DNA from: Planctomycetales bacterium
GTDB lineage: Bacteria; 4484-113; JAFGCY01
DNA: 32,000 bases
Assembly: GCA_022646745.1 (NCBI GenBank)
Contig: CP060262.1
Coordinates: 3,780,001 to 3,812,000 of the forward strand
Direction: 5' to 3'
This document shows positions 25,946 through 32,000 of this stretch, in pieces (position 1 is the stretch's first letter; every line of letters begins with the position of its first letter). The position numbers were made by a program, and so were the translations under genes. Under the pieces are notes generated by a model. That model was not told where the DNA came from and searched no databases. It saw only the letters and a program-made list of their open reading frames with translations.

Positions 25946-26239
25946 TTAGTCCTCCTAACTGCGTATCAGGGCTGTATTGAAGCGAATGGACTATCAACGA
26001 GCGAAGAGGATTCTGCCTTTCAAGTATGCCAAAGAAGATGACTGTCGACAACTCCAGTATTGACAACTATGTCTGATTCTGTATCCTGAATGCAGAAGCC
26101 GCCGGCATTACCGGCGGCCTGCAACCTCAAATCCTTCATCAGCGTTGGCACGCAAGCTAAATGGCTCCCGCATTCGATGCCACTCGACTGCGTTGTTTAC
26201 GAGCTTGGGTGTAGGTGCTCGCTACCTAGACAACAGAAC

Positions 26240-26434
26240 TCAGTGATGCAAACAGTACAGAATGATCACGGCCAGTAGAAGTGCTACGAACACCCACGGC
26301 CTATATCGCCTGTCCGTTGCCCTGAGAACGGTCGGAAACAGCTTCAACAGCTCCTTCACGACCCAGTGTGTCAGGAACACGCCAATTCCGAACTTGATTA
26401 GTTCCCAGAAGAAAGCCATCCATTCTTGATTCAT
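26240..26434 (-). CDS. Possible small two-pass membrane protein (64 aa).
   Basis: It has two hydrophobic stretches, MAFFWELIKFGIGVFLTHWVV and PWVFVALLLAVIILYCL, separated by a basic loop. GGTGG lies upstream of the ATG. No family recognised. Confidence 0.4.
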   Translation of the reverse strand: MNQEWMAFFWELIKFGIGVFLTHWVVKELLKLFPTVLRATDRRYRPWVFVALLLAVIILYCLHH

Positions 26435-26558
26435 GGAGGTCCACCTTTCGGGGACGTAGCAAGGATTTTGAAGTAGCGCGCTCGCGTTTGGTGAGGAATC
26501 CCCGACCAGGAGCCATCCAACTTTGAAGGTACGAGAAGTGGCAACTGATTGTACCCCG

Positions 26559-26584
26559 CCCCCGGCCTAGCCGGGGGTTTTTTT
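26559..26584 (+). terminator. Rho-independent terminator, oriented for the plus strand.
   Basis: The stem CCCCCGG (26559-26565) pairs with CCGGGGG (26571-26577) around the loop cctag. It is followed by T7 (26578-26584). On the minus strand the hairpin is followed by cggggtac, so it is not bidirectional. Confidence 0.7.
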
Positions 26585-26898
26585 ATCATGCTTATGTGCT
26601 CATATGGGGTTCTGTAGAATTGGCAATCGGTGTATGCTGGTCTTACGCTCTGCCGGGCGCGGGGAGCTAGGGATTAAGTTCACCCGCCCAGAGTATCCTG
26701 CGTGTATCTGTCTCAGGTAGGCTGGCAGCCAAACCATAAGACAGACGCAGTACGGCGTTTCATTTCTCTACGCAGATGCCCTTTGGACTGGGCAGATGTG
26801 TCATCTCGGACCTTTTGTTACTTGTACTCTTTGTCTACATGCGGTGGGGAGGCTGTAGTTCTGGCAGAGCGCCAGCAATAAGCTCGAATAAATTCGTG

Positions 26899-26904
26899 TA
26901 TAAT
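26899..26904 (+). promoter_or_regulatory. Consensus -10 hexamer upstream of the DUF3892 gene.
   Basis: TATAAT lies at 26899-26904, 27 nt upstream of the ATG at 26932, with the AAGGAG SD at 26919-26924 in between. I could see no good -35. Confidence 0.3.
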
Positions 26905-26931
26905 CGTCTGGCACTTTCAAGGAGATTATAA

Positions 26932-27195
26932 ATGGCTACCTTCTTTGTTACGCGCTCAAGAAAAACGGACGGCAAATATGAGCATGAGAGGATTCTCGGT
27001 GTTTGTGACGGTGCATACTTCTATAGTAAGGAAACGGTGTACGACTCACTTAAAGACGGACATCGTTGGGTTGCGCATAGGGACGGATATCCGGATGTCG
27101 AAATCGTTCCGCACCTGCGTGAGGGTACAAAGTACATCCAGACTCATTCCGATCAATTTAAGCAGAACAACCTACTCAATCTTCCAGATTGCTAA
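26932..27195 (+). CDS. DUF3892 domain protein.
   Basis: The SD is a strong AAGGAG. ..HERILGV..W....V...L..G....V......KYIQTHSDQFKQNNLLNLPDC matches the DUF3892 C-terminal signature (..NNLLSLPEC) as I recall it. Confidence 0.8.
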   Translation: MATFFVTRSRKTDGKYEHERILGVCDGAYFYSKETVYDSLKDGHRWVAHRDGYPDVEIVPHLREGTKYIQTHSDQFKQNNLLNLPDC

Positions 27196-27205
27196 GTTGA
27201 GTTTG

Positions 27206-27544
27206 TTAAACATCGGTTGCAAGTTGATCCAGATGCAGGTCCAGTAAGTCGCCAAACTGCTCTCGGTTAAGATGATGCCGGATCGGGAACACTCCCCCAT
27301 CAAAAGCGATGCGAAGAATCTGATATGCCTCTTGCCTTTCCTCTGTTGATGCGCCGCGATACTTGCCAACGAACAGCTGGTAGCATTTTGCGATCTGCGC
27401 TAACTTGAAAAGCTCTTCCGCCGGATTGGTTGGATTGAGTGAGCTTAGGACAATATCATCCCAGCTTCGTAGTTCTATACCTTTGAGGCTCTTGAGAACT
27501 CGATTGACAGCTTGTTCAAACGCTCTGCTCATTTTAGTTGACAA
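27206..27544 (-). CDS. Hypothetical protein (about 108-112 aa).
   Basis: It lies downstream of, and co-directional with, the cysteine desulfurase gene. The track start is a TTG at 27544, and an ATG at 27532 (MSRAFEQ) is an alternative. Neither has a clear SD. Confidence 0.5.
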   Translation of the reverse strand: MSTKMSRAFEQAVNRVLKSLKGIELRSWDDIVLSSLNPTNPAEELFKLAQIAKCYQLFVGKYRGASTEERQEAYQILRIAFDGGVFPIRHHLNREQFGDLLDLHLDQLATDV

Positions 27545-27560
27545 CGGAATATTGCCAACA

Positions 27561-28703
27561 TTATATCAATCGAGAATTCGGGACCGATAATCCCAAGTTC
27601 TCCTCGAATCTGAACACATCATCAATCAGTGTTGACCAACCAAAACTAATCCGCAGAGTCTCTTCCGATGTCTTGCTATCAATCCCCATAGCTTCCAGCA
27701 CATGACTGACCTTGTTATTGCAGCCTGTACAAGCGCTTCCTAGTCCAACAGTGAATCCACTGCGATCCAAGTCTTTTTGCTTCCTGCGTGCTTTGATGCC
27801 AGGAATTGCAAAGCTGCAAATGTGAGGAGCACGATTGGTGTCAATCCCATGGATGACAATCTGCTGGTTTTGCGAGAGGAGAGATGATTCAAATCCTGAT
27901 CGGATGGAATGTAAGAAGTCTGATTTTTCCGAACTCTCCTCGGCAAGCTCCAGCGCCGCAATCATGCCGGCGATTCCGGCAAGATTTTCTGTTCCTGCCC
28001 GGCAGCCATGTTCCTGCGGTCCACCGCAGATGAGGGATGGCAGGTTATGGCCGCGTTGGATAAGCAAGCCCGTTCCTCGCGGCCCACCGAACTTGTGAGC
28101 TGTGCAGGTCAGGAAGTCGATATCTGGATTGCGCAGTACTTCACGGAAACTGTGGCCAAAAGCCTGGACAGCATCGCAGTGAAACAGGATTTCATGCTCA
28201 CGGCAAATTCGAGATATCTCCCCTACCGGCTGAACGACTCCGGTCTCATTGTTGACGGCCATCACGGAGACCAGGTCCGGTCTTTCAGATGCGATTAGCG
28301 TTTCCAGGTAGTCCAGCTGAACGACGCCGTTGCCATCCACCGGGATGATAGTTTGTCTGCCTCCAAGTTGGGTCAAGCGTTCCGCCGCATGCAGACCTGC
28401 TTTATGTTCCACAGCGGAAATGGCAACATGTACCGGCTTCTTCAGCAGCAGAAGGCTGCCGACGATTACATGCGAGTTGCCTTCACTGGCCCCGCTATTG
28501 AACACAACGTCATTGCTCTTGCAGGCGAAAAATGCAGCAGCCCGGTCATGGAACTGCTCTAACAACCTTGCAGCTTTGAAACCTTCAGCATGCTGGCTGG
28601 AAGGATTACCCATCAGTGCGGAATCCTCCAGGAATGGCAGCATAGCTTCCTTGGCTTCGGGACGCAGTGGCGTAGTGGCGGCGTGATCGAGGTAGATGCG
28701 CAT
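27561..28703 (-). CDS. Cysteine desulfurase (NifS/IscS-like class V aminotransferase).
   Basis: MRIYLDHAATTPL is at the N-terminus. The PLP-lysine motif is CTAHKFGGPRGTG and the catalytic-Cys loop is GLGSACTG. Length is 380 aa. Confidence 0.9.
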   Translation of the reverse strand: MRIYLDHAATTPLRPEAKEAMLPFLEDSALMGNPSSQHAEGFKAARLLEQFHDRAAAFFACKSNDVVFNSGASEGNSHVIVGSLLLLKKPVHVAISAVEHKAGLHAAERLTQLGGRQTIIPVDGNGVVQLDYLETLIASERPDLVSVMAVNNETGVVQPVGEISRICREHEILFHCDAVQAFGHSFREVLRNPDIDFLTCTAHKFGGPRGTGLLIQRGHNLPSLICGGPQEHGCRAGTENLAGIAGMIAALELAEESSEKSDFLHSIRSGFESSLLSQNQQIVIHGIDTNRAPHICSFAIPGIKARRKQKDLDRSGFTVGLGSACTGCNNKVSHVLEAMGIDSKTSEETLRISFGWSTLIDDVFRFEENLGLSVPNSRLI

Positions 28704-28705
28704 GT

Positions 28706-29266
28706 TTAGTCACTCGAACCAATCGGATCAGCGGGCTGTGGTAATCCCTGCCCCATGGATGGTCCCATATCCGGCGGACCAGCAGGTCCCTGCATCCTGG
28801 GTGCGCCATGATACGGCAGGCTAGGTTGGAGGTCCATCAAAGGATCGCGCTCCTGCTGCTTGCTGGGGTCCATTGCATCCGCTACTCGCATTGGATCAAC
28901 TACGTAGCTCACTGAGAAGTCCAGCATCTCACCAAAAGCCGGACGCGGCCACTTATCCTCATCTCCATCCAGCTCAGGTGGGATCAGGGGCTGGTCGATG
29001 TCTTCCAGCTGCTTGAAGACCTGCCTGAGTCCAGCACTCCACAGTTCGTTGAATGCCTTACTTGTCACCTGCCGGTAGTGTGCAGCCAGTACACGCTTGA
29101 GTGGAGCCTTGCCCTTGCGAAAGCCTGGTACGTCCTTGTCCTTGCGCACGTCCGTTGCGGCCTTATTGAGGGCGAAGTCCACGTCATACGCCCCGACCCG
29201 CAGGTGCAGAATCCGGCTGGAAACTCCAAGCCGCTCCAATCTGAACTGCAGTTCGTTGATCTGCAT
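28706..29266 (-). CDS. Trigger-factor N-terminal (ribosome-binding) domain protein with a Pro/Gly/Met-rich tail.
   Basis: VPGFRKGKAPLKRV equals the trigger-factor GFRxGxxP signature, and the flanking pattern (MQINEL..FSVSYVVDP) parallels the TF N-domain. The ATG at 29266 is preceded by AGAGG at 5-nt spacing. There is a 2-nt gap to the NifS-like gene. Confidence 0.75.
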   Translation of the reverse strand: MQINELQFRLERLGVSSRILHLRVGAYDVDFALNKAATDVRKDKDVPGFRKGKAPLKRVLAAHYRQVTSKAFNELWSAGLRQVFKQLEDIDQPLIPPELDGDEDKWPRPAFGEMLDFSVSYVVDPMRVADAMDPSKQQERDPLMDLQPSLPYHGAPRMQGPAGPPDMGPSMGQGLPQPADPIGSSD

Positions 29267-29501
29267 AGCCACCTCTGACTAACTTATATAGAGCAGTATA
29301 ACGGGAATGTTACAAAGATTTGGGGGTTTTTTGGGATTTCCCTTGACACTGAAATTTACTTCGGGTAAAAACTTTCTGCTGAGCAGGTTGCCAAGAAGAG
29401 GCAGAGGTTTGGCAGGGGTTTTTTGTTGACAACGGAGTCTGTGGAGAAGACACAGCTTCGGCGGGTTTTCTTGATACGCGCACGAGGCGCTTTAGGCAGA
29501 G

Positions 29502-32000
29502 ATGGCTAATTCGGGGATTGGAATCAAGTCATGGAGGAACTACCACTCCAGCTCACTCTTTTCGGGACAGCGTGCTGACAGGAACACACGGATCTCGATT
29601 GACACCTATTCCGGCAACCTCAATGTCACTGCCATCGACTGGAACGTTGCTGCCCGCCTGCCTATCTCCATCTCGCGCTCATACAACCATCAGGACAACA
29701 CTGCCAACCTCGACCGCCCCTTCGGACCAGGCTGGAGCTGGCAATATGACCAGAACCTGTACGGCACCCTCTCCGGTGGCAGTGGGACTGTCACCTGGAA
29801 GGATGGCACTGGCAATGAGTGGGAGTTCTCATATGCTTCCACTTCCGGTGGCAAGGATCACTACACCTCATCGGCTGGAATGCACAAGTATGTGCTGACC
29901 CGCGATACTACCAGCGGGGACTTTACGATCAAGATGCTGACCATGGAATGGTCCTTCGTGGTAAACAGCACAGACAGCCTTGCCCGCCTGATGTACATCC
30001 GTGACGCTTTTGGCAATGGCCAGGAGATTGACCGCTCCCTGGATGGCAACTCCGAACCGGAGATGACCATCAACAACATCCAGATCCGATACCACAACGG
30101 CTCCAGCTGGACTACGCAGGACACGATTACTCCGACATACACAAGCGATCTGATCACACGGCTTGATGTCAAGTACTGGAATGAATCCGGTTCGACCACC
30201 AGTACTGCGTACAAGATCTATTACTCATACACCAGCATTGATTCAGCAGATCGTCTGACCAAAGTGGAGCCCAAGGATTCGTCAGACACGGCCCTCAACA
30301 TGGAGGTAGAATACGACTACAACGCTTCCGACGGGCTGGAAATGACGAAGATCTACGACACAGAGGGTAGCAAGGCGGGAACGCCCTACTACTGGAGTGT
30401 CAGCTATACCAGTGACAAGGTGACCAGCCTGGTTTTCCCGATTGAAAGTGGTACAACCGGCACCGTAGGCTTCGACTACTCACCGACTGCCCCTACCGGA
30501 TGGCCCGGCAGCGGCGCGCTGACCGAAGTGACGGACGCCCGCAGCAACTCCTGGTGGTATGACCATGACACCAGTGGCCGTGTGACCTATCAGGCGGATC
30601 CGCTGTGGACCCAGACCACGCATGAGAGCCACATCATCACAACCTGGGATTCTGACAACCAGGTAACCCAGGTGGACACGCCCAAGCCCAACAACCTGTC
30701 GGGCAGGCTGACCACCAAGAACTTCTACAACTCTGACAAGAACCTGGAAGTGACCCAGGACCAGTATGGCTTCCTGAGCTTCTACAAGTACGGCACCCGG
30801 GCCAGCTACGACACTTCTGGTACCGACGCTACGGTTGATGACATCATTGGCATCTTCACCCCGATGCCCAACCAGAAGGCATATGCGGATGGAGACTACA
30901 CCTCCAGCGAAACTACCGCACCGTCCAGCCCGGACATCACGGATGTGAGCTGGGATAACACCAATGGCTACTGGTACTACACGGATGCGGCGGGTTCACC
31001 AAACACCATCAAGCTGGTTCGCACTGTCAATGATCCGACGTATGCTACAGGAACCGGCCAGCTGACCGAGATGTTGTCCTGTTCGCCGGAAAATTTTGGC
31101 GATGGTGGCAATCCGCCGACATATTCGCTGACAACATCATCTGCATGTAACAAACAGGAATATGCTTCTACGACTGGCGATCTGTCCAAGAGCTACACTC
31201 CCCGCCAGTTCCAGAATTCCAGCCTGAAGTGGACTGCCTTCACATATGACCAGCGCTACGGCGTGATGACTGAACAGGAGAATGCAGACAGCCTGGCCGC
31301 GACAGCGAATAAGAAAACCAAGTTCTATTACAACGACACCCGCACCAAGAGGACCAAAGTTGAGCTGCCTGAGGACAACACCAACCAGTGGACAGTCACA
31401 GTTTACGATGACCGCGAGTTCGTTGTCGGGACGCAGAAGCCGGACATTCAGAGCTGGAGCGTCAATCCCCAGGTAAATGTACTTGAGTATGACTACAACG
31501 GCAACCTGGAGAAGGTCTACCAGGCGGACCCGGCTGCGGTCGGCACCAGGTGGAATGGTAATACCGCAAATGGCTACTACCACCTGAACACCTTCTACTA
31601 TGACCGTATCAACCGGCAGATCCAGAGTGACACGCGCGTGGACTGGGACCAGGATGCCACGGTTGAGACCCTCTCCACGTACATGACCTATGACGAGAAT
31701 GGGAATCTGGAGCGCGTCAAGGGACCACAGTACGATGTCGGTGGAACCGGTTATTACAGTTACACGTTCAAGACATATGACAAATTGAACCGCATTGAGT
31801 TGTCATACCTGACCGAAGCTAGCACTAATTCCAACCTTACAACTCCTAGTGGTTCGTACTCCGAGAATACATATAGCGTTAGTGGAAATGTAGTTACCGT
31901 CACCGATCCACGTGGCAATGCAACCACTCTACTCAGTGATTTCCGAGGAGCCGGAGTACAGAACAGCAAGGCATACACACCCGGAGGTGGTGGATCTGCC
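29502..32000 (+). CDS. RHS/YD-repeat protein, 3'-truncated by the window edge.
   Basis: It is absent from the ORF track because it has no stop. I translated the frame with codons starting at 29502 by hand and found it open through at least ~30360, and it is again in phase at 31923-32000. The product reads MANSGIGIKSW..ISIDTYSGNLNVTAIDW..ISRSYNH.., with YD repeats such as WWYDHDTSGRVTYQADP and VTDPRGNATT. In-frame stops lie upstream at 29472 and 29493. Confidence 0.9.
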   Translation, partial: MANSGIGIKSWRNYHSSSLFSGQRADRNTRISIDTYSGNLNVTAIDWNVAARLPISISRSYNHQDNTANLDRPFGPGWSWQYDQNLYGTLSGGSGTVTWKDGTGNEWEFSYASTSGGKDHYTSSAGMHKYVLTRDTTSGDFTIKMLTMEWSFVVNSTDSLARLMYIRDAFGNGQEIDRSLDGNSEPEMTINNIQIRYHNGSSWTTQDTITPTYTSDLITRLDVKYWNESGSTTSTAYKIYYSYTSIDSADRLTKVEPKDSSDTALNMEVEYDYNASDGLEMTKIYDTEGSKAGTPYYWSVSYTSDKVTSLVFPIESGTTGTVGFDYSPTAPTGWPGSGALTEVTDARSNSWWYDHDTSGRVTYQADPLWTQTTHESHIITTWDSDNQVTQVDTPKPNNLSGRLTTKNFYNSDKNLEVTQDQYGFLSFYKYGTRASYDTSGTDATVDDIIGIFTPMPNQKAYADGDYTSSETTAPSSPDITDVSWDNTNGYWYYTDAAGSPNTIKLVRTVNDPTYATGTGQLTEMLSCSPENFGDGGNPPTYSLTTSSACNKQEYASTTGDLSKSYTPRQFQNSSLKWTAFTYDQRYGVMTEQENADSLAATANKKTKFYYNDTRTKRTKVELPEDNTNQWTVTVYDDREFVVGTQKPDIQSWSVNPQVNVLEYDYNGNLEKVYQADPAAVGTRWNGNTANGYYHLNTFYYDRINRQIQSDTRVDWDQDATVETLSTYMTYDENGNLERVKGPQYDVGGTGYYSYTFKTYDKLNRIELSYLTEASTNSNLTTPSGSYSENTYSVSGNVVTVTDPRGNATTLLSDFRGAGVQNSKAYTPGGGGSA

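Larger units (their letters stand above)
22267..26434 (-). mobile_element. Plasmid/ICE-derived co-directional gene block.
   Basis: Replic_Relax, DUF2958 and a DUF3072-like tail are hallmark plasmid/ICE accessory families. Six ORFs are chained by overlaps of 4-17 nt or a 23-nt gap. The element ends are not defined. Confidence 0.45.

Noticed and set aside
26090-26278. A plus-strand 62-aa ORF that could have explained the plus-strand terminator at 26559-26584.
   Set aside because: It ends about 280 nt before the terminator, starts inside a GC hairpin, has no SD, and its composition looks non-coding. A non-coding transcript is more plausible.
29518-30004. Track ORFs 29518..29898 (+) and 29819..30004 (+), plus the antisense ORFs 29861..30214, 31137..31583 and 31760..31978.
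   Set aside because: They are out of frame with, or antisense to, the long unterminated YD-repeat frame starting at 29502. Their Thr/Ser/Pro-rich or hydrophobic sequences are frame-shift shadows.

Overview
This is a mosaic accessory region from an apparently GC-rich bacterium; the taxon cannot be determined from sequence alone. It reads as a defense island interleaved with mobile-element genes. From left to right it contains the following. (1) The 3' 4.9 kb of a giant DEAH helicase-DUF1998 gene that runs in from the left edge and looks like Druantia DruE. (2) A minus-strand large serine recombinase module: DUF2924, recombinase, HTH accessory, hypothetical, and a stand-alone integrase core-binding domain. 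(3) A roughly 1.2 kb gap with no credible ORF, lying where GC content visibly drops. (4) A visibly AT-richer block at about 11.0-22.3 kb. It carries a tightly packed Dcm / GHKL(MORC-like) ATPase / Z1 P-loop ATPase / DUF4420 PD-(D/E)xK operon. It also carries an aldehyde dehydrogenase + heme-oxygenase-like di-iron enzyme pair, and a divergently transcribed metallophosphoesterase-NACHT-HEAT STAND NTPase. (5) A co-directional plasmid/ICE-like array (Zn-ribbon protein, Replic_Relax, DUF2958, DUF3072-like tail) with an AT-rich SIR2-like DUF4917 gene embedded in it. (6) A small membrane-protein ORF next to an orphan plus-strand intrinsic terminator. (7) DUF3892, a NifS-like cysteine desulfurase and a trigger-factor N-domain-only protein. 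(8) An RHS/YD-repeat toxin gene that runs off the right edge and is missing from the ORF track because it has no stop. I found no rRNA, tRNA or CRISPR array. The most interesting candidates for undescribed biology are the Dcm-GHKL-Z1-DUF4420 operon, the ALDH/HDO + MPE-NACHT-HEAT locus, and the embedded DUF4917 gene. All family assignments come from motif recognition by eye, not from database searches.
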